From Thecamonas trahens ATCC 50062 (taxonomy: Eukaryota; Protista; Apusomonadida), in assembly GCF_000142905.1 (NCBI RefSeq), contig NW_013657614.1, positions 84,727-148,726 of the forward strand: a DNA stretch of 64,000 bases, written 5' to 3'. Made by a program: the position numbers and the translations under genes. Of this stretch, positions 9,994-19,900 are shown one piece after another (position 1 is the stretch's first letter; each line of letters begins with the position of its first letter). A model generated the notes under the pieces. It made no database searches. It was given only the letters and a program-made list of their open reading frames with translations, and was not told the origin of the DNA.

Positions 9994-12279
9994 CTACACA
10001 ACCCAGCCCTCGTGGTCCGAGACCCGCTGAACGATGTAGGTCCAGAGGGCGTGCATGCCGCGGGCGACGACCGGCTCGCCCGAGACCTCCTCCATCGGGG
10101 CGAGGCCGCCAACGTTGGACGCGTTGAGCTCCGAGAGCACTCGCTTGCCGTCGTCGCCGACGAGGGTGTCGATACCGTAAAACGTGATGTTGTGCTTGCG
10201 GAGGACCGGGTCAAGCTTGCGGATGAGCTCGACCTCGTCGTCGTCGGCGGCGGCGACATGCGATGTCCCGCCCATCGACGCGTTGCACACCCAGTTGCCC
10301 TGCTGCGGGAGGCGGATGGAGGAGGCGATGATGCGGCCGTCGATGACCACGGTCCGCTTGTCGCCCTCGCGCACGCCCTCCAGGAACTTCATGCACACCA
10401 CGCCGTGAAAGAGGTCGTAGTCCGGGTCAGATCCGTCCGACCGCGGCGTCGGCATTGCGTTGTCGAGCACACCCCGCAAGTGGCTCTCGACGTACTCCTC
10501 CCACGCCACACCGACCTTGTCGTGCTCGACAAAGACCCGTCCGTCGGCCGCCACCCGGGTGATGCCCTTACCGCCGCCGTCTTGCACAGGCTTGATCACA
10601 ATCGCCGGGTACTCGGCCCGGAACGCCTCGACCTCGGCCACCGTCTTGCAGTACGCCAGCGGCGCGCAGAGCTCGGCCACCTCGGGCAGCCAGCCTTTGG
10701 AGCACACCCGCAGAAAGTCGGTCGTCCCGTTGATGATCCGCCACTCGTCCACCATCCGCGCCATGCCGTCGAGGAACGCCCGCGTCACCGGCCGCGAGAG
10801 GCGCGGAAAGACAACGTCAAAGTCTGCAAGCGACATCTGCCGCGCCGTCGCAAAGTTGACCTCGGTCAGCGGCTTCCACCCAAACTTGGGCCCGACCTTG
10901 TGGACCCACACAGACTCGGCGTCGTGCGGCGGGTAGAAGAACGATGTGTTCGCCGGGTTGAACCGCGACGCCACAAACACGCCCTCAGCCGCAGGGTGGT
11001 CCGCCAGCGCCCGCGCCATCGACCACAGCGAGTTGGCCTTCTTCGACGTCGCGTGGTCCATCACAATGAGCATCCGCAGCTGCCGCCGTGTTGCCGCCTT
11101 TTGCCGCAGCGCATGCGCCGTCGCCGCAGACGCCTCGCGCCGCGCGAGAATCGCGTCGAGAATAAACGGCGCCGCGTTGCGCGCCGTGCCCTCGGACGGG
11201 AACGCGTGCATCCGCAAGCCCGGCGAGGTGTTCGCCTCCAGAATGCAGCACCCAGCCGACGCCAGCGGCGCCTCCATATCCGCCACAATCACGTCGATGC
11301 CCACAAGATCCAGCATCAGCGCCTCGGCAACCTCCACGCACATCTGCTTAATCTCTGGGTGCAGCCGGTCCGTCACGTCGACCGCGTTGCCGCCGGCGGA
11401 CAGGTTGGAAATGCCCAGCAGCTGCACCTTTTCACCGGCCGCAGGCACTCGCGCCAGCGCGCCCATTCCCAGATAGGCAGACACCGCCGCTGCGTCGATG
11501 ACCGACCGCGGGTGTGTGTGCCCGGGCCCGCGCGTCGGGTCCGTGTTGAGCGCGTCCACAAGGTCGGCCACGCTCGACTCCCCGTCGCCCACAGCCACCG
11601 GCGCCGTCCGCATCGACGCCGCAAACACTCCGCCGGCAATGACCAGAATCCGCAGCTCGGTCCCGACTGCCTGCCGCTGGGCCAGAAACGGAATAGGCTT
11701 GCGCGCGTTGGTGCCGAGCATCGACATCGACGTCGCCACCCGCGCCGCCGCCGTCAGATCCGCAACCTCGGCGTCGGTCAGCCCCTCGGGCTCGTCGGCA
11801 GACCCAGCATTAGCCCGCGGAGGCGCAATGTCGAGTACCACGCCCTCGCCGTGCGCCCCGTCCGTCGGCTTGATCACCGTCGCGCACCCGGCCTGCTGGT
11901 TCGCCCGCACAAACTGCGTCAGCCGCTCGAGATCAGACTCGGGAATGTCGCCAAACCGGAGCACGCACCGCAGCGACTTGGCCGTAGGCAGCGAGCGCCG
12001 CTCCAGGAGCACCGCGCACGCAGCCTTGTTCTCCGCAAGCCGGTGGCCAATGGCCGACCCGAGCTCCGTCCGCGCCCGCTGGAACACAATCGGCGTCGAG
12101 TCCGGCGGCCACACCGCAGCCATGTTCGATGCTCCCTCCAGCACCTCACACTTCCACCCACGCCGATGCGCCTCGGCCAGCAGCAGCTGATTCGAAATAG
12201 AGAGCTCAGCCCACTCGCTCTCGGCAAGCTCCACCCCTGTGCTTCCTGCGCCACCCGAGGTGCCCGCGACGTTGCTCAT
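9994..12279 (-). CDS. Double ATP-grasp fusion: cyanophycin-synthetase-like G domain + prokaryotic glutathione synthetase (GshB)-like domain
   Basis: ATG at 12279 (MSNVAG). N-half: VIKPTDGAHGEGV, ELRILV, VGDG, NTDPTRGPGHTHP, NLSAGG..DVTD..HP, GIDV, LEANTSPGLRMH (CphA-like). C-half: IVMDH, FDVVFPR, IN, VIKPVQDGGGKGI, KFLEGVREGDKR, CNASMGG, GID, SELN (GshB-like). Confidence 0.85.
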   Translation of the reverse strand: MSNVAGTSGGAGSTGVELAESEWAELSISNQLLLAEAHRRGWKCEVLEGASNMAAVWPPDSTPIVFQRARTELGSAIGHRLAENKAACAVLLERRSLPTAKSLRCVLRFGDIPESDLERLTQFVRANQQAGCATVIKPTDGAHGEGVVLDIAPPRANAGSADEPEGLTDAEVADLTAAARVATSMSMLGTNARKPIPFLAQRQAVGTELRILVIAGGVFAASMRTAPVAVGDGESSVADLVDALNTDPTRGPGHTHPRSVIDAAAVSAYLGMGALARVPAAGEKVQLLGISNLSAGGNAVDVTDRLHPEIKQMCVEVAEALMLDLVGIDVIVADMEAPLASAGCCILEANTSPGLRMHAFPSEGTARNAAPFILDAILARREASAATAHALRQKAATRRQLRMLIVMDHATSKKANSLWSMARALADHPAAEGVFVASRFNPANTSFFYPPHDAESVWVHKVGPKFGWKPLTEVNFATARQMSLADFDVVFPRLSRPVTRAFLDGMARMVDEWRIINGTTDFLRVCSKGWLPEVAELCAPLAYCKTVAEVEAFRAEYPAIVIKPVQDGGGKGITRVAADGRVFVEHDKVGVAWEEYVESHLRGVLDNAMPTPRSDGSDPDYDLFHGVVCMKFLEGVREGDKRTVVIDGRIIASSIRLPQQGNWVCNASMGGTSHVAAADDDEVELIRKLDPVLRKHNITFYGIDTLVGDDGKRVLSELNASNVGGLAPMEEVSGEPVVARGMHALWTYIVQRVSDHEGWVV

Positions 12280-12668
12280 GGTGTCGTCAAAGTCGTTGGT
12301 CTTGGTGAGGAACGGAGGCTCCAACAAATCGCTACACCACCGTGTTGCTGACGTTGCCTGTTGCTTGCGTGACAAGCGGTTGCCTTTTGCTTGCGTGACA
12401 AGCGGAGGTTGCGTCACGCACCCGCAACTCGTCACTCTGCTTTTTAACTCGGACTTGTTCCCCGGTCAAAAATGGTCGTGGTTCGGGCACGGCCATTCCC
12501 TCCTCGACTTCGGCCCGGACACGGCACCTCTTTGACCTGCATCTGGCCACCACAAAACTCCACCACAAAGCGAGGTCAGAGACTCGGACGTTTGTTCCTC
12601 CTCTCACCCGCAACCTGCAACCGCAATCCGCATCCCGCACCCCGCAACCCCGACACACGGCATCAAGC
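12280..12668. promoter_or_regulatory. Putative bidirectional promoter (double ATP-grasp / M49 peptidase)
   Basis: About 390 bp between divergent ATGs; contains a duplicated ttgcttgcgtgacaagcgg. Function inferred from geometry only. Confidence 0.4.
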
Positions 12669-15050
12669 ATGCTCCTGGCCACGCTCATCGTCGCGCCGTG
12701 GGTCCTTGTCGCTGGCCTCACGGCGCTGGTGGTGGTCCTCGCGGCTCGGCTCTCGCCGGCCAAATCGGCGGCCTCTGAGCTTGTGGTCGGCGCATCGGTG
12801 GATGGACCAGGCCATTGGCGGTATGCTTGTGCCGAGGGAGGGCCTGTCTTCCCCTCACCCAAGGCCTCGGCCCTCCCGCCGGGCGGGCCATCATCCAAGC
12901 GGGTCGCCCGCCTCGCCTCGCGCATCTCGCTCTACCATCGGGTCGAGCTCGGGAGCCGCAAGATCGCCCGCCTCGCGCCGACCACCGCCGCCGCCCTCCT
13001 CTCGGTCATGGACGCCATGGATGCCATCGATGAGGTCTATCTGGTCCAGGCGTGGCGGAAGAACCCAAAGCTCCGCGAGTATCTCGTCGCCCGCCTCTGG
13101 AGCTCGCCGCCGGCCTGGCGCCGGTACCTCTCAGACGAGCTCGAGTTCTTTGACTTTAACAAGGGCCCGTTTGACAAGCTCGAGGATAGGGTGTTTGTCA
13201 AGCCGCTGCGCGGCGTGGTCCTCCCGCCGTCGGCCCCGCCGGGATCCGGCCTCTACCCGCCGTTCATGATGACCCGCATGGACGTCGGCGAGTGGCTGAT
13301 GGCGTGGGAGGAACATGTGGCGTCGCTGGGCGAGGACGCGAGCCCGCCCGCCGATCCGACATCGCCTGTCGTTGCCCTCGTTGCCTCGTCGGCGCCCGAC
13401 GCTGTCGCCGGTGTCGCCGTCCGCCCGTACTCTCGCCTGTACGCGCGGACGCTCTCGCGCGCCGCCGCCGCCATGCGCGCCGCCGCCCGCCACGTCCGCA
13501 CTCCCGAGCTCGTCACCTTTCTGCACTCGCGCGCCGCTGCGTTCATGACTAACAACTACGCCGCATCCGAGGCCGACTGGCTCGCCGTTCCCTTTGCCAA
13601 CGCCGAGTTTGTCCTTGTCATCGGCCCGTACTCCAAGTACGGCGATCAGCTGGCGTCGACTAAGCGGGCATTCAAGGCCGTCGTCGCCATTCCGCAGCGC
13701 GAGCTCTCGACGGNNNNNNNNNNNNNNNNNNNNNNNNNNNNNNNNNNNNNNNNNNNNNNNNNNNNNNNNNNNNNNNNNNNNNNNNNNNNNNNNNNNNNNN
13801 NNNNNNNNNNNNNNNNNNNNNNNNNNNNNNNNNNNNNNNNNNNNNNNNNNNNNNNNNNNNNNNNNNNNNNNNNNNNNNNNNNNNNNNNNNNNNNNNNNNN
13901 NNNNNNNNNNNNNNNNNNNNNNNNNNNNNNNNNNNNNNNNNNNNNNNNNNNNNNNNNNNNNNNNNNNNNNNNNNNNNNNNTCGCCGACGCGCTGCGGCTG
14001 GCCGGCTCGGCCGGCGCCGGCCCGCAGCCGACGGCCTCGAACCTCCCGTCGCCCGGCATCCTCAAGGGCAAGCACGGCTCGATCCGCCTCATCCTCGCCA
14101 ATGTGCTCAAGGCCAAGTATGTTCACATCCTCAAGCCCGGCGCCAAGCTTGTGTACGATCGCAACGACGCGGCCAAGCTCTCGTTTGAAAGCTTTATGCT
14201 CTGCGTCGTCTACCACGAGCTCTACCACGGGCTCGGTCCCAAGCGAGTCTCGCTCGAGAGCTCGCCGCACTACGGCAAGCTCATCAACGCGGCCATGGGC
14301 CCGATCCACTCGCCGCTCGAGGAGGCCAAGGCCAACATCGGCGGCTTCTGGGGCCTGCTGCGCATGCTCCGCCGCGATCCAGCCACCCTCCCCTTCCCCG
14401 ACGGCATCGAGGACGTCCTCGCGGACGTCAGCATCGGCTCGGTCTGCCATACCTTTGTCGCCTCGCTCTTCCGCTCCATGCGCTTTGGCCTCCACGAGGC
14501 CCACGGCCGGGCCGCCATGCTCCAGTTCCACTTTCTCCTCGCCCGCGGCGCCATCACCACCGCCATCTCGCGCTCGGTCTCGCTCGACTCGATCGCTGGC
14601 GTCGCCGACGCCGAGTACGACTCGGACGACTCGGGCCTGTCCGAGGACTGGAAGCCGACCTACGCCCGCACCTCCTTCAAGGTTCATCCCGACAAGCTCT
14701 ACAACTCGGCCTACGCCCTTCTCGGTGAGATCATCGCCGTCCAGGCTGCTGGCGACACCGCCGCTGGCGCCGCCCTCCTCGACGAGTACGCCTCATCAGT
14801 CGCTGTCGACGCCGCCATGGCCCTCGAGGCCATGGCCCGTATCCCCACAGACATCCGCCCAGACTACTCCAACCTCCGCTCGCTCCTCCGCAGCAACATC
14901 GCCTCGGCTGGCTTCCGCGACTCTATCCTCTCCGACGACGATTCGGACACTGACCATGACTCGGACTCGGACTCGGACGACGGCGAGGACCACGATGAGC
15001 TCTCCGACAACTCCGGCGACGACGATGACGACGAGGCCTTTGTCAGATAG
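12669..15050 (+). CDS. Dipeptidyl peptidase III (peptidase M49, HExxH type) with N-terminal hydrophobic anchor; spans gap 13714-13980
   Basis: NKGPFD, GLYP, RAAAFMTNNY..SE..W, IGPY, A.NLP, HELYHGLGP zinc motif, LEEAKAN, FRSMRFG..EAHG, IPTDI; acidic tail. Confidence 0.85.
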   Translation: MLLATLIVAPWVLVAGLTALVVVLAARLSPAKSAASELVVGASVDGPGHWRYACAEGGPVFPSPKASALPPGGPSSKRVARLASRISLYHRVELGSRKIARLAPTTAAALLSVMDAMDAIDEVYLVQAWRKNPKLREYLVARLWSSPPAWRRYLSDELEFFDFNKGPFDKLEDRVFVKPLRGVVLPPSAPPGSGLYPPFMMTRMDVGEWLMAWEEHVASLGEDASPPADPTSPVVALVASSAPDAVAGVAVRPYSRLYARTLSRAAAAMRAAARHVRTPELVTFLHSRAAAFMTNNYAASEADWLAVPFANAEFVLVIGPYSKYGDQLASTKRAFKAVVAIPQRELSTXXXXXXXXXXXXXXXXXXXXXXXXXXXXXXXXXXXXXXXXXXXXXXXXXXXXXXXXXXXXXXXXXXXXXXXXXXXXXXXXXXXXXXXXXXADALRLAGSAGAGPQPTASNLPSPGILKGKHGSIRLILANVLKAKYVHILKPGAKLVYDRNDAAKLSFESFMLCVVYHELYHGLGPKRVSLESSPHYGKLINAAMGPIHSPLEEAKANIGGFWGLLRMLRRDPATLPFPDGIEDVLADVSIGSVCHTFVASLFRSMRFGLHEAHGRAAMLQFHFLLARGAITTAISRSVSLDSIAGVADAEYDSDDSGLSEDWKPTYARTSFKVHPDKLYNSAYALLGEIIAVQAAGDTAAGAALLDEYASSVAVDAAMALEAMARIPTDIRPDYSNLRSLLRSNIASAGFRDSILSDDDSDTDHDSDSDSDDGEDHDELSDNSGDDDDDEAFVR

Positions 15051-15254
15051 CAACCAGTGTGTACCATGCGCCCGTCCCCATCACCATGACACGTTTAACA
15101 CCGATCCAGCCGGCGGCTGCCAACGACAGCTGGAACCTGCCGACTCTTGCCGACGCTTACCCCGCCTACTTACGCCTGCCCACACCTACTCACACCGGGC
15201 TGCGTCTGCTCCCCGCCTGCGGCAGCCTGATCAACATCTACGGCACTGCAGCCA

Positions 15255-15568
15255 TCAGCTCCGATGCTTGCTTTTCTTTTCCTTGCTCTTGCTCTTGCTC
15301 TTGCCCTTGCCCTTGCCCTTGCCCTTGCCCTTGCCCTTGCCCTTGCCCTTACTCTTGACCTTGGCCTCTTCAATCACCTCGATGTCCACCCCGAGCGCCT
15401 GGATCAGCTGCGACTCGAGCGACGAGACCCGCTCGGTGAGGAGAGCCACCTGCGACTGCAGATCGATCATGGTCTGGATAACAGTCTCCTTCAACTCGAG
15501 CGGATCATCCGAGTCCGAATCTGCATCCGCATCCCCATGGCCCCAACCTCAGCACCTCCATCAGTCAT
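15255..15568 (-). CDS. Small coiled-coil protein with Lys/Gly tail (apparent 1-nt frameshift near 15540)
   Basis: ATG 15568 reads MTDGGAEVG. The DADADSDSDDPLELKET...LQSQVALLTERVSSLESQL...KGKGK frame joins if one G is added in gttggggcc. Confidence 0.45.
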
Positions 15569-15910
15569 GTCCTCTCAGTCACGCCCTTGCTCCCTCCTCC
15601 GCTGCTCCTCCCGTTCCCCAACCCACCAACCCTCGCCAACCCACTTCCACCTCCACCCTAACCCGCTTCATCTCCCAGTACTATCCCCCCCCTTCCCCTT
15701 CCCTCCCCCCCCTCCCCCTTCCCCCCCTTCCACTCCCCTCACTCCCTCTCCATACCATGGTACTTTGTGCGAGGCATGGCGGGCGACAACGGACAGACGA
15801 GTGGTCATCCGCCACAGACCACAGGCCACACGCCCAACTCCCCCCCGCCCTCCCCTCACCTGCATCCGATGATCATCACCCAAAACGTGGCACATTTTAC
15901 ACGACAGCAA

Positions 15911-16705
15911 TCAGTCGACGATGGCAATCGAGAGCAGGCCTTGCGGCTTGTAAGGGTACGGAAGCTTGCCAAAGGTGTTGTTGTGGACGACGACGCCGAG
16001 GTCGTTGACCAGAATCTGCCACACCTGCTTGATGTCTGCCGGCCACGAGTGGACACAGCCGTGCGAGTTGGGCAGCGGGAGCGAGGGGTCAAAGTCACCA
16101 GTATGCATAAGGATGCCGTCGCGGATGTCCGAAATGAGGAAGGCGGCGTTGCCGGCGAGACCCTGGACCGCCCGGTTGACCGGGTACGGTCCAAAGTCCT
16201 TGACGTCCTCCTCGGGCGTGTTGAGATCAAAGGTCATGAGCCCAGTCGGCGTCGAGCCGTCCCCAGCAAGCATGTTGAGCGCCGTGCCGTCCGCCGCATT
16301 CTGCCCGTGAGTCTTGACCGGAAACGAGAACCGCAGGTTGTTGTCGGCATCGTACAGCGAGGCCGAGACCTCGACCGACCGGTTCTTGAACACCGGGATG
16401 TACACCTTGTACTTGAAGCCAGGAAGGACCGTGCCCGAGTCCTTGTATCCGTCGTACATGTGGAGGTCGAGCAAGAGGTTGGTCGTCTCGGCGCCAGCGA
16501 TCCCGTCGTCGCTCAGCTTGTTGCCACTCTGGAACGCCTCCACCGCGTTCTTGGTCGCCTCGCCGTACTCGCCCGACGCCACAAGGCCTGACACGTGCGG
16601 CGACCGTAGCAGCAGCGACTGGAGAATCGTCACATCCGAGCCCTTCATCAGCTGCGGCGGCGTGTACGACAGATCGCGCGAGAACGGCGCCGTAAACTGG
16701 GCGCC
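15911..16705 (-). CDS. Peptidoglycan-binding domain + YkuD-type L,D-transpeptidase (last exon; 5' exon probably in gap 16761-16860)
   Basis: G.DV..LQ..L...G.YG..T..AV..FQ....L..DG.AG..T (PG_binding_1 pattern); TPTG; ILMHTG-x10-SHGC catalytic motif. A CAG acceptor lies at 16706-16708. Confidence 0.8.
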   Translation of the reverse strand, partial: GAQFTAPFSRDLSYTPPQLMKGSDVTILQSLLLRSPHVSGLVASGEYGEATKNAVEAFQSGNKLSDDGIAGAETTNLLLDLHMYDGYKDSGTVLPGFKYKVYIPVFKNRSVEVSASLYDADNNLRFSFPVKTHGQNAADGTALNMLAGDGSTPTGLMTFDLNTPEEDVKDFGPYPVNRAVQGLAGNAAFLISDIRDGILMHTGDFDPSLPLPNSHGCVHSWPADIKQVWQILVNDLGVVVHNNTFGKLPYPYKPQGLLSIAIVD

Positions 16706-16989
16706 CTGTCGCCCTCCACAACCGACAACACGCATGCAAGCACGCACACAAGCACACCAANNNNNNNNNNNNNNNNNNNNNNNNNNNNNNNNNNNNNNNN
16801 NNNNNNNNNNNNNNNNNNNNNNNNNNNNNNNNNNNNNNNNNNNNNNNNNNNNNNNNNNNNTCCCCACTCCCCAATCCCCTCCGCCTAAGCCCAAGCACCC
16901 CCCCCCTTCCCTCCAAACTGATCGGACGAGAACAAGTCACGCGCTGCGAGCTCACCACAACCCACCACCTCACCACTACACCTCCAACA

Positions 16990-19900
16990 ATGGCCACCAC
17001 CATTGTCATCAAGTGTGTCAGCTGCGGGGCCATGCTCGGCGTGCCCCCTCCGTCCGAGCAGCCGTCTCCGCTTGGCCAGTGCCCGTGCGGAGCCGTCATT
17101 CCGCTCAACGCTGTCAACTCGGCCGCCGCCGCGTCGTCGTCGCCGCCGGCTCCGGCTGCCCCCTCGCCCACCCCGGCCTCGCTCCCGGACGGCTGGGAGG
17201 CCCAAGTCGATGCTGCGTCCGGCCGAACGTACTACATTGACCACAACACCCGAACGACGTCGTGGAGCCACCCAGAGGCGAAGCCGTCGCCCGCCGCAGT
17301 CACCGATGTCGCCGCTGTCGCCGCCACGGCCTCGATCTCGTTCACCCTCAACGGCAAGCCGGTCACCATCGACTCGCCGGATCCTGCGATGTCGCTGCAG
17401 ACCTGGCTCCGTGAGGTCGCGCTCCACACCGACGTCAAGCGGATGTGCACCCAGGGCGGGTGCGGCGCGTGCCTCGTCGTCCTCTCGGGGACAAACGCCG
17501 GGACCGGGCGGGTCGAGCACCTGGCCGTCAACTCGTGTCTCCACCCGCTGATGGCGGTCAATGGCTGGGCCGTGACCACGCCTATCGGCATCGGCTCGCA
17601 GACCTCGGGCTTTCACCCTGTCCAGCTTCGTCTTGCCGACAACAACGGCTCGCAGTGTGGCGCGTGCTCGCCTGGCCAGGTCATGGCCGCCTACGCGCTG
17701 TTCAAGGCCAACCCCAACGCGACCGAGCTTGACGTCGAGATGAACACCGACGGCAACATCTGCCGCTGCACCGGCTACTTTCCCATCCTACAGGCCTTCA
17801 AGTCGCTCGTCGCCTCGTCGGCCAAGGGCGAGCTCACTCGCGAGCACCTCACCCTCCCGCACGAAGCCGCCGCCGCTTCCTCTGCGGCCGCCCCTGTCGC
17901 CGTCAAAATGCCGGCCACCCTCGCCCGAGTCGCCGCTCCGACGGCTGCTCCGTGGTTTGCCCCGTCAACCATGGCCGAGCTCTTTGCCACCATGGCCACC
18001 AACCCCGGCGCCCGCCTTGTTGCCGGAAACACGTCGACAGGCGTGTACCCGTACCCGCCGGCCACCTTTCCGCAGGCCATTGTCGAACTCAACGGAGTCT
18101 CAGCCCTCCATCAGCTCTCGCTCTCGCCGACCGAGCTTACCGTCGGCGCCGGCGTCTCGCTCGCCCGCCTCCTGGCGTTCCTTCAGGAGCATGTGGCGGC
18201 GTCGGCCACGTTCCCGGCCCTTGTTGAACACCTGAACAAGGTTGCCAACACCCCCGTCCGCAACGTGGCGTCGTGGATCGGCAACCTGGTCATGACCCAC
18301 GACCACGCCGACTTTCCCTCGGACGTCTTTACCATTTTTGATGCCGCCAACGCCCGGCTCACGCTCGCCACGCCGGCCAACCAGGCCGGCTCGGTCGTCG
18401 ACTTTGGCACCTTCCTCACCACGTCGCTCGACGGAGTGCTGGTGACCAAAATGACGGTCCCGCTCTATGGCGCCGACGTCCAGTTCAAGACCTTCAAGGT
18501 CATGCAGCGCCACGTCAACTGCCACGCCTACGTCAACGCCGGCTTCCTCGTCTCGCTCGGCACGAGCTCGGTCATCAACTCGGCCCGCATCGTCTACGGC
18601 GGTGTCGCGCCGCGTGCTGTCCGCGCCCAAACACCGAGGCCTTCCTCGCTGGAAAGTCCGTCACTGACGCCGCCACCCTCTCGGGCGCGCTTGCCACCCT
18701 TGTCGCCGAGCTCAAGCCTAACGCCGAGCCCGGGTACCTCGCCTACCGCACCGCGCTCATCCCGGCCCTCTTCTACTCGTACTACTGCACACTGCTCCCG
18801 GCCGGCTCGGTCCCGGCAAGCCTCGAGAGCCTCGTCACGCAGTTTGAGCGCGGCGTCTCGTCGCACGCCGTCACATTCAAGACCGATCCGTCCGAGGACC
18901 CGGTCTCGGCCCCGATCTCCAAGCTCTCGGCCAAGCTGCAGGCCTCTGGCGAGGCCGTGTACACCGACGACCTCCCGCCGGCTGCGAACCAGCTCTTTGG
19001 TGCCTTTGTCCTCTCCACTGTTGCCTCGGGCAAACTGCTGAGCATCGACGCCTCGGCTGCGCTCGCCCTCGACGGCGTCGTCGCTCTCCTCACCGCTGAT
19101 GACTTTCCAGCCAACGGCGCCAACGCCTGGTGGGCCGACCTGCCGGTCTTTACCCCAGTCGGCGCCGACATCGGCTTTCACGGGCAGGCCATCGGATTCA
19201 TTGTTGCTGAGAGCCATGAGCTCGCCCTCGCCGCCGCCGCGCTTGTCACGGGCAACTATGGGCCTGGAGCGCCGCCGGTCTTCACCATCGACGACGCCGT
19301 TGCCGCCGGCCGCTTTGTGCCCGGCAACGAGGTGCCGATCACCCAGGGCGATGTCGCCTCGGGCTTTTCCTCGGCCCAGCACGTGGTCGAGGGCGTGTTG
19401 GAGATGCCGTCGCAGGCGCACATGACGATGCAAACCCAGGTCGCGTCGGCGGCCATCGTCGACGGCGACCTTGTTCAGCTCGACGTCGCCACGCAGTGGC
19501 CGGCCATGACCCAGACGACGGTCGCCACCGCCCTTGGCCTTGAGCACAACAATATTGACGTTGTGGTCCGCCGCATTGGCGGCGCCTACGGCTCGCGCAT
19601 CTCGTGCGCCAACCAGCCTGCCGTCGCCGCCGCCCTCGGCGCGTACCTGCTGCAGCGCCCGGTGCGGACCCAGATGGACATTGAGACCAACATGAGGCTG
19701 GTCGGCAAGCGCTTTGCGCACCAGGCCAAGTACAAGGTCGGCTTCAACAACGACGGCAAGATTGTTGCCGTCCAGGTCGAGATCATCTCCGACTGCGGGT
19801 ATGCCAACTCGGGCATGGGCTCGGCAACCTCGATGTACGTCGACAACACGTACAACGTGCCCAACTGGTCTATCACCGGCAAGTTTGTTACCACCAACAA

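Noticed and set aside
9994-12279. Full cyanophycin synthetase CphA1 or GshF
   Set aside because: There is no Mur-ligase domain, CphA N domain or GshA domain.
7683-12351. Plus-strand ORFs 7683-9464 and 10012-12351
   Set aside because: They are antisense to motif-bearing ATP-grasp genes, as expected from high GC3.
15059-15358. Plus-strand Cys-Pro repeat (metallothionein-like) ORF
   Set aside because: CPCPC is the antisense reading of the GGCAAG microsatellite.
7779-16705. Bacterial contamination or a true operon
   Set aside because: The region is contiguous with eukaryotic genes, has host-like composition and microsatellites, mixed orientations and a probable intron.
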